Made by a program: the position numbers and the translations under genes. DNA of 63,608 bases, the filler included, from Octopus bimaculoides (taxonomy: Eukaryota), in the NCBI RefSeq assembly GCF_001194135.2. It is 3 parts of 3 records of this genome, joined end to end, with 100 filler letters (N's around TTAATTAATTAA, not from the genome) between each part and the next. Parts side by side here need not be neighbours in the genome. Positions count along the whole stretch, not along the records: positions 24,416 to 54,358 come from NC_068991.1; positions 54,459 to 63,608 come from NC_069007.1; 1 more part is not named here. One strand, given 5' to 3'. Shown here piece after piece: positions 41,191-54,915 of the stretch. The notes beneath the pieces were generated by a model. It made no database searches. It was not told where the DNA came from and worked only from the letters and a program-made list of their open reading frames with translations. Position 1 is the first letter of the stretch. Each line of letters opens with the position of its first letter.

Positions 41191-41609
41191 TGTGTGTGCC
41201 TTTGATAACAGATCTGCTTGATCAGGGTCGATCGGAGTGGGTGGGTGTATGAATGGTTGAATAACAATATTCACCACTACTCCGATGACGCCGACGACGA
41301 CAGCGACGACACCGCCGCCGACGACGACGATGACGAAAACTACCACCACGACCACGACCACGACCACCACGATCACGACCATCATCATCATCATCATCAT
41401 CAAGAAGAACAACAATACTTCCACCTTAACATTTCTTTACGCCGTGTACATCCTTGTGATTGATACCTTCGATCCCAGTCTTATTCTTTCCTAATCCTAT
41501 GCCTTCTTATGGATACCCTCTTCTTTCTCCTCTTCCTCTTCCTTATCATTACAATCCTCAATTTAATTGCTTTAAATTTATAGGGTTTCATTCATGTTTG
41601 CTGTATAAC

Positions 41610-42447
41610 ATATAACAGAGCTAAAGCACGCAGAGTGAAGCCGCTTGGCACAGATTGACCTTGAACTTTGCTGTGCATTTATACTAAGTTTTAACGTTCA
41701 AGCTTAATTACAGCAGTACTTGGAAGGAACGTGTGTAGTGTGTGATCGTCGCATTGACCATGACTCTGCATAAAATTTTGCCAAAAGCTTGGCGATACCT
41801 GCTCAGAGGCCTACGCAAAGTTGCAGAAAGTGTATGGAGAAGAGTGCATGAGCCAAAAAAATGTAGATAGTGACGAACGTTCCGGGAGACCCGCAGCCAA
41901 CAGAGCTGAGAAAAACATCGCAGATGTGCGTGCAGCTGTCAGGGGAAATCTTCGAATCCCTATCCGTGAGCTATCAGAGGATGTGCAGATTAGTTACGGT
42001 TCAGTTCAGTCCATTATGACTGAAGATTTGGGTATGAGATGCGTGTCTGCCAAGTTTGTGCTAAAACTATTTTCAGCTGACAACACACCTGCATATTCAG
42101 CGCAGCTTGTGCAGTAGTTTTTGGCTAGGCACAGCATTCCCCAGGTCCGACAGCCAGCGTATTCCCCAAATCTTTCCACTCGCGACTTTTTCCTCTTTAC
42201 AAAAATCAAATTTCGCTTAAAAGGAAGATTTCAGGACGTCGAGGAAATCAAAGTGAATGCGACGAGGCAGCTGCTGATTATCCCAGGAAACGAGTTCCAG
42301 GAATGCTTCCATCAATGGAAACGGCGCTGGATTAAGTGTGTAGATTCCGAAGGGGATCACTTTGAAGGAGGTTAAATGCCAAATTGGTACGTGTTGTAGT
42401 TTTGTTTTTATAGCACCAGTCCGGATACTTATTGATCAGACCTCGTA
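41610..42447 (+). mobile_element. mariner-family element, internally deleted, right TIR only
   Basis: DERSGRP, GMRCVSAKFV, YSPNLSTRDFFLF, FQECFHQWKRRWIKCVDSEGDHFEG*; right TIR CCGGATACTTATTGATCAGACCTCG|TA; catalytic core deleted at a GAC microhomology (SAD|NTP). Confidence 0.9.
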
Positions 42448-42552
42448 TGTAAATATATATGGATGGATACATGTATCCTTCTGGGAATCGTCAGTATGAA
42501 TCTATGTGTATGTATGAGTGTATACATGTTTTGCGAGAACATGTGTGCATAT

Positions 42553-42583
<31 letters not shown>

Positions 42584-42842
42584 CGCCTGATCATGTGTGC
42601 TGTATGGAGTATTCAGAGAATCCGACGTGTTCGAGGCGTCCAGGCGCATCGGCTGCCGTACTTCGTCCGTTGATGAAGTGTCGTCTGCTAGTCAATGGCC
42701 GACATTCACTCATGAACCAGCTATAGAGGTATATGGACACCGCATGTTGCAGGATCACTGAATAAGCTTAGAGCTGACAGAATATTTTTTCCATCCACAT
42801 CTAGAACCTATTCTCGCATACAATTTTAACTCCCTACCCCCT

Positions 42843-42844
<2 letters not shown>

Positions 42845-42915
<71 letters not shown>

Positions 42916-42935
42916 AACTACTACTACTACTGCTG

Positions 42936-42985
<50 letters not shown>

Positions 42986-42992
42986 ACTACTA

Positions 42993-43078
<86 letters not shown>

Positions 43079-43449
43079 ACTACTACTACTACTACTACTA
43101 CTACTATTACTACTGNNNNNNNNNNNNNNNNNNNNNNNNNNNNNNNNNNNNNNNNNNNNNNNNNNNNNNNNNNNNNNNNNNNNNNNNNNNNNNNNNNNNN
43201 NNNNNNNNNNNNNNNNNNNNNNNNNNNNNNNNNNNNNNNNNNNNNNNNNNNNNNNNNNNNNNNNNNNNNNNNNNNNNNNNNNNNNNNNNNNNNNNNNNNN
43301 NNNNNNNNNNNNNNNNNNNNNNNNNNNNNNNNNNNNNNNNNNNNNNNNNNNNNNNNNNNNNNNNNNNNNNNNNNNNNNNNNNNNNNNNNNNNNNNNNNNN
43401 NNNNNNNNNNNNNNNNNNNNNNNNNNNNNNNNNNNNNNNNNTACCCCCT

Positions 43450-43496
<47 letters not shown>

Positions 43497-43506
43497 GCTG
43501 CTGCTG

Positions 43507-43540
<34 letters not shown>
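42845..43540. repeat. Compound (TAC)n/(TGC)n trinucleotide array spanning a gap
   Basis: Alternating blocks of TAC and TGC. Confidence 0.95.
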
Positions 43541-43542
<2 letters not shown>

Positions 43543-43567
43543 GTTGCTTTGTGCCAAAATTTGAAAC

Positions 43568-43606
<39 letters not shown>

Positions 43607-43607
<1 letters not shown>

Positions 43608-44380
43608 TACTTTTAATCTGCATCTTTGTTGCAGTCACTTGCCGAGATACACCCAGCGTCCTGGGGCAAGTGAAGGATAAGAGATGTTGCAGTATGACTG
43701 AAAGCTTGGGGAGGGGAATTAGTGAAATATCTTCACGTAATACAACACAGACATTTAAATGGATAGGGTTTTTCTAAGGATGTGGGCAGTACTTGTCAGC
43801 ACAATCTTTTGGATTTCTCTGAGACATGGTTCTCCTGAGATCTTATCTAGATGTAGATGTTTCTGACATCCCTTTTTTACCATATCTCGAGCACCTGCAA
43901 TAACAGGAACAGTTCTCGTTTTAAGATGCCACATCTTTTGTATTTCAATTTCCAGGTCCTTATATTTACTTAGTTTGTGAAATTCCTTAACATATATTTT
44001 TATCAGTGGGAACACTTACATCTATTAGTGTACAAGTATTTTCGTCCCAGTCTTTAATAACTATGTCTAGTTGATTAGCCTATATCGTTCTGTCAGTGTT
44101 GACTGGAAAATCCCAGAGGATAGTGACGTTTTTACCTTCAACGACTGACTCAGGATGATGTTCGTACCAGTAAGCAGGAGTGCTGATTTTGCAGTGTTTA
44201 CATATTTTCCAATGTAAATACTGTCCTATCCTATCGTGACAATTTTTACATTCGTTTGGTGTCATCACAGGACATCCCGAGACAAGATGGTCTAGTGTTT
44301 CGTCAAATGTGTCGCAGAATCTGCATTTAGGGTCAGAACCGTTTTGAAGAACGTTAGCCTGGTAGTTTTTTGTGATCAAG
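43607..44380 (-). mobile_element. R4/Dong-clade non-LTR retrotransposon 3' fragment (CCHC knuckle and restriction-like endonuclease)
   Basis: CRFCDTFDETLDHLVSGC, WYEHHPESV, ILWDFPVNTDRTI, KLSKYKDLEIEI, LTSTAHILRKTL*; 3' end runs into (TAA)n. Confidence 0.9.
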
Positions 44381-44510
44381 CTTTGATCTTGTGCCGCAAA
44401 TATGAAATCATCAGTTTCGACGGCAGCCGGTACAAGCTGATAGCGGCTGGTCTTTTAATAATTCTTAATCTTATAATAATTCTGCTTGTCATTGCTTTTA
44501 CGTAATTAAA

Positions 44511-44593
44511 GAAAAAGAGGGAGAAAGAAAAGAGGGAGAGAGAAAAAGAGGGAGAGAGAAAAAGAGGGAGAGAGAAAAAGAGGGAGAAAGAAA
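44511..44593. repeat. 16-bp purine minisatellite (AAAAAGAGGGAGAGAG)n
   Basis: About five units, some imperfect. Confidence 0.7.
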
Positions 44594-46119
44594 CGTCCAT
44601 GACGTGAGATAGAGGGAATATAATTGTAACGCTTTTACGCGTGTGTGTGTTTGCATTTGTTGTTAAATCGAGTATTATGTCCCACTCTGTCTCAAAGCTA
44701 TTAGTTATCATTTCGTCAAGCAGAGATCTATAAAATAAATGTCAGATTGAAATACGTACTGAAGTCAGTATGATCAATTAAATTTTTGAAGGTGATACCC
44801 CATCATAACGACAGTCGAAAGACTAAACCCAGTAAGATAATGTTTAAAGACATAAGGCTTCAAATTTAAGGTAATGGATTACTAACCACAAGATAATGAG
44901 TTCAAAACTTCGCATTGAACTTCCACTCTATACGATAACACTACATGTACATCTCAGTCTACTTGACTTCCAACAATCAACAATTGTAATTTGAAGTTGA
45001 ATGGTTAGCAGTAAGAAAAATATCCAGATTTCTTAAAAAATTGTTGTGCAAAATATTCCGAGAAAAAGTACTTTTTTCACCANNNNNNNNNNNNNNNNNN
45101 NNNNNNNNNNNNNNNNNNNNNNNNNNNNNNNNNNNNNNNNNNNNNNNNNNNNNNNNNNNNNNNNNNNNNNNNNNNNNNNNNNNNNNNNNNNNNNNNNNNN
45201 NNNNNNNNNNNNNNNNNACACACACACACACACACAGGTGTCTCTGTGGTAACTTGAGCTACTACAAATAGCAGCCAAATCTCTCTTAAAACAACCTTTC
45301 ATCAAAAGAAAGACACAGATTTATAGTATTTCATGAAAAAACAAAAAAAAAGCAAAAACAAAAAAATATGCAAAGGGTCTGCTACATCAGAGGCAACACT
45401 GGGTTAAACAAAACAGAGACAAACATACTTCACATCAAAAGATTATCTACTAAATAATACTAACAAATTTGACGGTATATCTTCGAAGTTTCATTCCCTG
45501 TATTTTAAACATATTCTCTCCATGTATTTGAAACATATTCTCATTATGCTCTATCTAAGACACAAACATTTTTCAGACAAAGTTGCCTCCTTTAGTTAAA
45601 GACCTCAAAACTGTGCGACCCGACCTCATTTTCGAGGTTATTTTTGTAGTAAAAAAGAGTTGCTGTGCAAAAAACATACTTCATTTGGTAGCCGAAATAT
45701 ATATATATATGAACACGCTGTTGGATGGCTAGTGACTCTCCTAAACCTGTCTGTCTTTTGACTTTTGATAGATTTTGCTTCTTATTCTTCAGGATGTATA
45801 AAAATCACTCCGAGGTCGACTATACAACAGTAGTACTGGTTCCCATGCTCACCAACAGCATGTGTATGCTTATCAGATCTCTGATTTGATCGGAACTGAC
45901 AATAAATTTATAACTTACCTAACTACCTACCTACATACATATATACATACATACATAAACGTGCAAGTACACACACACACACACACACATACACACACAC
46001 ACACACATACACACACACACACACACGCGCACACACGCGCACATACACACCCATACATCTATATGCTCACACATGCACATATAAAGAAGACAATGTGAAA
46101 TGCTTAGCAGATCTTAAAA

Positions 46120-46880
46120 AAATATGCATGGATACGTTTTCCGAAGACTTGAAGATGACAATAATATCGACATTAAGTGCAGCTTTTCTTGGGCTCGTGA
46201 CCGCTATATTACATCAGACTTCGAAGGCTGTGTGGTTGCAATCGACGGTGTAACAGTGAAGCCCTTGGAACTTCATGATATAAACGAAAATGTCGATTAT
46301 GTCACATTTCTGTGGAAGACACCACGTATGCGATCAGCAGCTACCAGAAAATGACACCAATGTCCTACCGCCGAAGGCGACACGGCATTGTCGGTAAAAT
46401 AATGCATAATGCCATCTGAAAAAAGACTGTCGTAGGATAAATATGGAGAACCTTATTATTGATAATATACATAAACATCAACACAAGGAGTATTGATGGA
46501 ACATTCCGATCCAAACTTCTACCAAGTGTAAATATAATAGGTCGGACTTCGTTGTTTGTGACGGAGAGGGGAAAAAGTATGTACCGTCACAGAGATCACT
46601 TGCCCTGCTGATGTGAATAGCTTTTTGAAAATAAAAGAGAAATAGGATAACTGCAGACAACTGCTTCGAAACTTTCAACTTCTACATCCAGATTAAAAAT
46701 TTACATTCATTACAATAATAATTGGTGCACATAGTTTTGTGAATGAACGCCTATGTGACAATCTTCTAAAGCCGGAGTTTTCAAAACAAGAAATTATGTA
46801 GATAACACACATATTACAAATACGGTCTCTCGGTAGAATGATAAAAATATGCAAGATTTTTCTAAAGTTGAAAATGTGAT
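46120..46880 (+). mobile_element. R4-like (RLE) LINE 3' fragment, second subfamily
   Basis: MHGYVF...RYITSDFEG, VEDTTYAISS...RRHGIVGKIMHNAI, EY*WNIPIQTSTKCKYNRSD, ITCPADVN, IIIGAH, LQIRSLGRMIKICKIF*. Confidence 0.8.
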
Positions 46881-48304
46881 ATTGTTTTTGTTTATCTACA
46901 TTCCACTGATGGAGCTTTGTATCTTTGTTAGGAAACAACATCGTCCTTACAGGAAGAATTAAAAATTAATAAAAAGAAAGAAAAAATGAAAGAAAAAGAA
47001 AAAGAGAAACACTCATACTGAGATGACATTGTGAAAAACACTGGGTTTGAAACCGTAATCTTTCTCTTTTAAGTGAGAAATTTTAATACTAAAACCAGAA
47101 GCACATGCATATTACATTACATTAATACTTACATATTCATATGTTAACATTTGTCATACACAAATACACACATACATATATATATATATATGTATATANN
47201 NNNNNNNNNNNNNNNNNNNNNNNNNNNNNNNNNNNNNNNNNNNNNNNNNNNNNNNNNNNNNNNNNNNNNNNNNNNNNNNNNNNNNNNNNNNNNNNNNNNN
47301 NNNNNNNNNNNNNNNNNNNNNNNNNNNNNNNNNNNNNNNNNNNNNNNNNNNNNNNNNNNNNNNNNNNNNNNNNNNNNNNNNNNNNNNNNNNNNNNNNNNN
47401 NNNNNNNNNNNNNNNNNNNNNNNNNNNNNNNNNNNNNNNNNNNNNNNNNNNNNNNNNNNNNNNNNNNNNNNNNNNNNNNNNNNNNNNNNNNNNNNNNNNN
47501 NNNNNNNNNNNNNNNNNNNNNNNNNNNNNNNNNNNNNNNNNNNNNNNNNNNNNNNNNNNNNNNNNNNNNNNNNNNNNNNNNNNNNNNNNNNNNNNNNNNN
47601 NNNNNNNNNNNNNNNNNNNNNNNNNNNNNNNNNNNNNNNNNNNNNNNNNNNNNNNNNNNNNNNNNNNNNNNNNNNNNNNNNNNNNNNNNNNNNNNNNNNN
47701 NNNNNNNNNNNNNNNNNNNNNNNNNNNNNNNNNNNNNNNNNNNNNNNNNNNNNNNNNNNNNNNNNNNNNNNNNNNNNNNNNNNNNNNNNNNNNNNNNNNN
47801 NNNNNNNNNNNNNNNNNNNNNNNNNNNNNNNNNNNNNNNNNNNNNNNNNNNNNNNNNNNNNNNNNNNNNNNNNNNNNNNNNNNNNNNNNNNNNNNNNNNN
47901 NNNNNNNNNNNNNNNNNNNNNNNNNNNNNNNNNNNNNNNNNNNNNNNNNNNNNNNNNNNNNNNNNNNNNNNNNNNNNNNNNNNNNNNNNNNNNNNNNNNN
48001 NNNNNNNNNNNATATATATATATATATAATTTACACACACACGCATACACACACACCTATATGTACATATTTATTTATATACTGACGCACATTATACAGT
48101 TAAATAGGAATGTTTTTATTGGATTAAAACAAAGAACATTAACAAAATAAAGAACTCAATACCTGAGAACAGTTACGTATTAAGTACACCCCTGACACAA
48201 ACATACTCATACAGGTGCGCACGCACGCACGCACATACAGACAAACACACAATGGCATACACACACATAAACTTAAACTCACGCATGCACATGTGTATAT
48301 ATTT

Positions 48305-48519
48305 TGGCGCAAGAATATTAGTTTTAGGGGAGCAGTGTAGTCAATTACGTTGATCCCAGTGGTCATTGACCCCGGAATTCAACTGGACTTATTTTTATCG
48401 ATCACAAAAGGATGAGAGGCAATGTCGACCTCGATTGAGTATGAACTTAGAACACAAAAAGCCAGAAGAAATAACGCTATTTTGTCCGACGCACCAACGA
48501 TTCCGCTAGCTCGCTGCCT
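48305..48519 (-). mobile_element. SINE family B, degraded
   Basis: TTTATCGATCACAAAAGGATGAGAGGCAATGTCGACCTCG; followed by (AAT)n. Confidence 0.65.
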
Positions 48520-48532
48520 CAGTAATCTTAGT

Positions 48533-48593
<61 letters not shown>

Positions 48594-48603
48594 TATGATG
48601 ATG

Positions 48604-48727
<124 letters not shown>

Positions 48728-49821
48728 TANNNNNNNNNNNNNNNNNNNNNNNNNNNNNNNNNNNNNNNNNNNNNNNNNNNNNNNNNNNNNNNNNNNNNNN
48801 NNNNNNNNNNNNNNNNNNNNNNNNNNNNNNNNNNNNNNNNNNNNNNNNNNNNNNNNNNNNNNNNNNNNNNNNNNNNNNNNNNNNNNNNNNNNNNNNNNNN
48901 NNNNNNNNNNNNNNNNNNNNNNNNNNNNNNNNNNNNNNNNNNNNNNNNNNNNNNNNNNNNNNNNNNNNNNNNNNNNNNNNNNNNNNNNNNNNNNNNNNNN
49001 NNNNNNNNNNNNNNNNNNNNNNNNNNNNNNNNNNNNNNNNNNNNNNNNNNNNNNNNNNNNNNNNNNNNNNNNNNNNNNNNNNNNNNNNNNNNNNNNNNNN
49101 NNNNNNNNNNNNNNNNNNNNNNNNNNNNNNNNNNNNNNNNNNNNNNNNNNNNNNNNNNNNNNNNNNNNNNNNNNNNNNNNNNNNNNNNNNNNNNNNNNNN
49201 NNNNNNNNNNNNNNNNNNNNNNNNNNNNNNNNNNNNNNNNNNNNNNNNNNNNNNNNNNNNNNNNNNNNNNNNNNNNNNNNNNNNNNNNNNNNNNNNNNNN
49301 NNNNNNNNNNNNNNNNNNNNNNNNNNNNNNNNNNNNNNNNNNNNNNNNNNNNNNNNNNNNNNNNNNNNNNNNNNNNNNNNNNNNNNNNNNNNNNNNNNNN
49401 NNNNNNNNNNNNNNNNNNNNNNNNNNNNNNNNNNNNNNNNNNNNNNNNNNNNNNNNNNNNNNNNNNNNNNNNNNNNNNNNNNNNNNNNNNNNNNNNNNNN
49501 NNNNNNNNNNNNNNNNNNNNNNNNNNNNNNNNNNNNNNNNNNNNNNNNNNNNNNNNNNNNNNNNNNNNNNNNNNNNNNNNNNNNNNNNNNNNNNNNNNNN
49601 NNNNNNNNNNNNNNNNNNNNNNNNNNNNNNNNNNNNNNNNNNNNNNNNNNNNNNNNNNNNNNNNNNNNNNNNNNNNNNNNNNNNNNNNNNNNNNNNNNNN
49701 NNNCAAATATATGGTACCCTAGGCATAACACCTACATGAACTTCTAACTTGTTGTCTCTTGAGGTCTCTGGGTGAAACTTGGATCCAACTTGTACAAATG
49801 CAAAGCAAAAGTCAAACATAA

Positions 49822-49871
<50 letters not shown>

Positions 49872-49879
49872 TAATAATA

Positions 49880-50296
49880 ACCCTTTCTACTATAGGCACG
49901 AGGCCTGAAATTTTGAAGGTAAGTCAATCACATCGATCTCAGTACACAACTGGTACCTTATTTATCGACCACGAAAGGATGAAAGACAAAGTCGACCTCG
50001 GCGGAATTTGAACTCAGAAAGTAGTATATAACAACAACAACAACAACAACAACAACAATAATAATAATGATAATAATAATGATAATAATAATCCTTTCTG
50101 CTAAAAGCACGAGGCCTGAAATTTTGAAGGTAAGTCGATCACATCGACCTCAGTACACAACTGGTACCTAATTTATCGACCACGAAAGGATGAAAGACAA
50201 AGTCGATCTCTGTTAAACTTGAACTCAGAACTTATCAAATAATAATAATAACAATAATAATAATAATAATGATGATAATGATAATAATAAAATAAA

Positions 50297-50368
<72 letters not shown>

Positions 50369-50414
50369 GATAATAATAATAATAATAATAACAGTAATAA
50401 CAATAATAATAATG

Positions 50415-50464
<50 letters not shown>

Positions 50465-50673
50465 CCCTTCTACTAAAAGCACAAGGCCTGAAATTTTATG
50501 GAAGGGAATTAGTCGATTACATCGAACACAAATTTTCACTGGTACTTAATTTATTGATCCCGAAAAGATGAAAAGTAAAGTCGACCTCAGCAGAATTTGA
50601 ACACGGAACGTAAACGAGGCAATGTCACTAAGCATTTTGTCCGGCATGATAACAATTCTGCTTGCTCGATGCC

Positions 50674-50675
<2 letters not shown>
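49880..50675 (-). mobile_element. Three head-to-tail SINE family B copies separated by (AAT)n arrays
   Basis: Copies at 49880-50020, 50091-50230 and 50463-50675. Confidence 0.85.
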
Positions 50676-50726
<51 letters not shown>

Positions 50727-50757
50727 TATAATAATAAGAACAACAATAACAACAATA

Positions 50758-51035
50758 ATTGCCCTGGTGCAGTACCAGGCAGTAGCTCTCAGGGCTTTTA
50801 ATCTTAATTGATTGGAAGTGCTATCATGTGCATATTTTGTCTTGGTATAAAAGATGGGCTACAACAAGTATTCTGCTCAATACCAGATATTTGCTTGTCA
50901 GTTGTTTGACCATAACCCGTTGAGCATGTTCCTTGGTGGCTGACGATATGTGCATCTCTGATCATGAGCAGAAGTAGTGGGTTTGAATAATTCACCTTTG
51001 GAAACATGGGTGTTTCGTTTATTATCCTTAAACAA
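50758..51035 (-). mobile_element. Probable retroposon 3' UTR fragment with (TTA)n tail (family E)
   Basis: Single copy here, abutting a TTA/TTG tail; recalled as a cephalopod repeat but not verifiable within the window. Confidence 0.35.
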
Positions 51036-51041
51036 ACATTG

Positions 51042-51230
51042 GACACCAACCACTCTGCCTTTAACACGAAGGCCGTGCTGGTGGCCTAGACCAAAGAAGT
51101 GTTTGAAGATTTACCCACGAGCACAGTGAGAAACACATGCGCCCAGTTTCGGAGCTGTCTTGAGATCATGGTGAAAGCTGAAGGCGGCTACTTTGAGTAA
51201 ACTGTCATCTCCCAGCCGTAATCTAGTTGA
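51042..51230 (+). mobile_element. Tc1/mariner (DD37D/maT-like) transposase C-terminal fragment
   Basis: Paralog of 51925-52110 (DTN...NTKA...VFEDL...AEGGYFE*). Confidence 0.8.
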
Positions 51231-51454
51231 GAAAAGGAATGAAAAGAGCAAAAGAAAAGGGTGAGAGTGAGGTGGAGGACAAAGAGCTAAAGAATAAGAA
51301 TAGCTCTTCTGATCTAAAGTTGGGAAGATGCAGAAGGTAAAGCGTTCGTTTAAGCCAGTTGCCACCATGGTTCTGAGTTTGAATATGGAATGCTGTTCTT
51401 TCCGTTTCCTTGAGTGTGCAGATCCATGATGTGTAGAGATGGCAGTCAGAGATA

Positions 51455-52199
51455 CAGAGTGTTCGGGTTAAATTTGATGATTTCTTACGTCTGCTTTTTT
51501 TCAGGAACATTATGATGTATTGATGAACAATCAACGGCGTGGGAAAGCATAAAGATTAAAGTTGTAGTTGCGAAAGCGTTCGCTGACATGGGACATAGGA
51601 AGCCGTTTGAAAATTGAAAGAGTTACCTGTACCATGATAATTTGCACCAGGTGTCAAAATGTCGGTACCATGACTGTTGCTTAATGCTCTAGGAACACTG
51701 TAAAGGTTGTAAGAAGTGGCATGGGCAGCTGCAACGGGGACTGAAACCGTGGACAGCAGGAAGGGACACAACAGGCGTTCTGATTGCGTTCGCATGGTGT
51801 AATTCGTCCAACAGCTCCAGGGTAAGTTCTCAGGCCTAATTCAGAGCTCACCAGCTCCAATTTCTAACCTCCTAATCCATCCAATTGTAATCTTATGGAT
51901 TACTATGTGTGGCATAGTTGAGAAAGACACCAACCTCTCTGCCTGCAACACGAAGGCTAAGCTGGTGGCTAAGATCAAGTAAGTGTTTGAAGATCTACTC
52001 ACAGACAGTGTGAAACGCATGCACCCAGTTTCAAAGCCGTCTTGAGGCTATGGTAAAAGCTGAAGGCGGCTACTTTGAATAAACTATCATTTCCCAGCCT
52101 TAATCCAGTTGATAAATTTTGATTCTTTAAAATACTTTTATTTTTGGGTGGGATATTGTGTTTTCTTTACCTTTTAGCAAATTTAATCCGAACACCCTA
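51455..52199 (+). mobile_element. Tc1/mariner (DD37D/maT-like) internal-deletion derivative, 745 bp
   Basis: TA|CAGAGTGTTCGGGTTAAATTTG ... CAAATTTAATCCGAACACCCTA|TA; N-terminus CSRNTVK...HNRRSDCVR...FVQQLQGK fused to C-terminus MDYYVW...EGGYFE*. Confidence 0.85.
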
Positions 52200-53476
52200 T
52201 AAATGGCTTATGTTGAAGTGAGTGTAGACAGGTTGACCTGTCAGAGGCAACAATATGCTTCGAATGTGCAGAGGTAAGTTTCCAGCGTAAAGCGCTCCGC
52301 AAATTTCACAGTTGCTACAATATATTAGGTTGAAAGTTGTGCTGCATGCAGCAGAAGTTTTGGAAAATGAAACACTGTGTCAAGTGTTGCATCGTCGGCA
52401 AGCGCATTTAACAGTGCCTAGTTTTGTATGGCTGGGTTCTATGGAACTAACTAGGAGGCTGCCGAAGTTCTTATCTTTCTTGAAGGCTGATAGAAATGGT
52501 GCCCGAGAGATCGGTGCGATTGTGGTGTCGGAGAGAGAATTTGGTTATTGCAGATGAGTGTATGTATGTATGTATGTATGTATGTGCGTGTTGCGAAGGA
52601 AAACATCTTGGTTTGTTCATCATCCTTTAAATCTTAAGAAGGTCTAACAGATCTCATAGGGTCCCAGAGAGCGTGATCATTTGCAGTGCATGAGTCAAAG
52701 ATTTGCTTTCTCTCCCCAAGAACCCAAGTTCAGCTATATTTTACTCCAGACGGGTATGTCTGTCTGTCTGTCTGTCCGTCCGTCTGTCTGTATGTATGTA
52801 TGTATGTATGTATGTATGTATGTATGCATGCATGCATGTATTTAGAAATGTCGTTCCCTTGAACGGTCAAAAGACAGAGAACGACCTGAGTTACACTGAC
52901 AGTGTAACAAGTTTGCAACAGCAGAAGAACGATAATGAATAAATCGAGAAACTCAGAGTTCTGAATGTAAGTGCTCCATGCTTGTGTCACTTCATAAATT
53001 TAGTCCTCTATTTCCAGCGATGCTGAGGTCTATTTCTTTTATTTTTACACGAATACACATACATGTACTTACGACAATATACAGATAAACACCCGCCGGT
53101 ATATACATACAAATACGCACATATACAAGTATATCCATCCAACCATACACATATTTACACATGCACATACATACGACAAAATGGAAGTGGTTGAGTATTT
53201 CACAAAAACATGAGTTAAGAATAATCCTTAATCCGAATTAGCGTGACAGTGTGGGACAAAGCTAACCGTTTGAACAATAATAATCCAGTTACATTTTCTC
53301 TTGTAATTCTCTATCAACTTAGTTTTATTTGACAAGATTTGGTCCTGCCGATGCTATAGTAAATGTCACTTCAATATGCTATATGGTGGGATCGAACTCG
53401 GAACATCTTGATTGAAAGACCACGACTTTAAGCACTCCACCAGGTTTGAGTCTCTTCTCTCCATCTATTTTTCTGC

Positions 53477-53620
<144 letters not shown>

Positions 53621-53738
53621 CAAGTGTCGCGCACGCACACCCCCGCACACACGCAATAATCAAACATGTGTATACATACATAGATACATACATACATATA
53701 TATGTATATATGAGTGGTATAGATATTTATATTATACG

Positions 53739-53773
<35 letters not shown>

Positions 53774-54146
53774 TATACATGCAAATGTATATGTTCATAT
53801 GACTATATACGAATATTCAGACTTATGTGATATTTATATTATAGATAACTGTATGACTCAATATATATAGATATATATGTATATATATATACACATACAC
53901 GCACACATATACATAAACACCTACGCGCGCGCACGTTTACACACAAACAGACACAGATACACACAGATACACACACACATACACGAGTATGTGTATGTAG
54001 TTAAGCATAAGGAACATAATATAAATTTGCTGATAAAGACATGGAATATAGTACAAACAGTTGTGATGGTTAATCAGACATAGAGCGATAACATTTGAGA
54101 GTAAACGATAGAGATATGCAGAGGAATTCACTGTAAGAGAGTGAGT

Positions 54147-54178
<32 letters not shown>

Positions 54179-54358
54179 GAGAGAGAGAGAAGAGAGGGCG
54201 TAGATAAAATAGAGTTTAAATGGAAGATGTCAAAAGAGACTTGGAGAGAGGGCGAGAGGGAGCGGAGGGGGAAAGGAAGGGGGAGTGTAGAGGGAAAGAT
54301 CAATGGGCTGGCCTGTTAACGTATTTTCAATCACTTATTGGATTATGATAACCTCCAA

Positions 54359-54458
54359 NNNNNNNNNNNNNNNNNNNNNNNNNNNNNNNNNNNNNNNNNN
54401 NNTTAATTAATTAANNNNNNNNNNNNNNNNNNNNNNNNNNNNNNNNNNNNNNNNNNNN
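54359..54458. other. Synthetic 100-bp scaffold-join pad
   Basis: 44 N + TTAATTAATTAA (54403-54414) + 44 N. Confidence 0.95.
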
Positions 54459-54882
54459 GTATGTTGTTGTCACAGGTCATGTATGTGTGGTTGTGTGTGT
54501 TTTTACGTATCTATGTTATGAAAAATAGGTAAAGAATACTGAGATGAAAGTTTAATCTATGACATTGTATGTATCACTTTCTCTCTCTCTCCCTCTCCCT
54601 CTTTTACTCTTACTCTCTATATTTTTATGTTGAGCGCGTGTGTAAGAATGGCGTTCCAGGTAGAAGGGATGAAATATAAAAGTTGCTAGAAACAACAGCC
54701 AAATCTCCCTTAAATCACACAAAGTAAACGGAATTTTAAAAATCTAATTACTGCACTGGAAAGGTCACATCGAGAAAATTCCATTGATGTAAAAAATTTT
54801 ACGAAAAAGTGGAAAATGTCGATTTATATAAATTTTTAAAAAGGCTTCACACAGACACACAACTTCAGCTTTATATATTAAG

Positions 54883-54913
<31 letters not shown>

Positions 54914-54915
<2 letters not shown>

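Noticed and set aside
41218-41463. Asp/His-rich ORF suggesting a metal-binding peptide
   Set aside because: Degenerate GAC/CAC/CAT repeat; similar tracts at 29050-29364 and 42845-43540.
46124-46354. DFEGCVVAIDG read as a Harbinger transposase motif
   Set aside because: Flanking peptides fit the R4-type LINE C-terminal region and continue into its RLE domain.
49880-50675. CRISPR-like repeat/spacer look
   Set aside because: Repeats are ~140-bp SINE pieces and spacers are (AAT)n; eukaryotic DNA with no cas genes.
51556-51821. ORF 51556-51795 and the CCAGG|GTAAGT donor
   Set aside because: Explained by the N-terminal remnant of the maT-like transposase on the plus strand.
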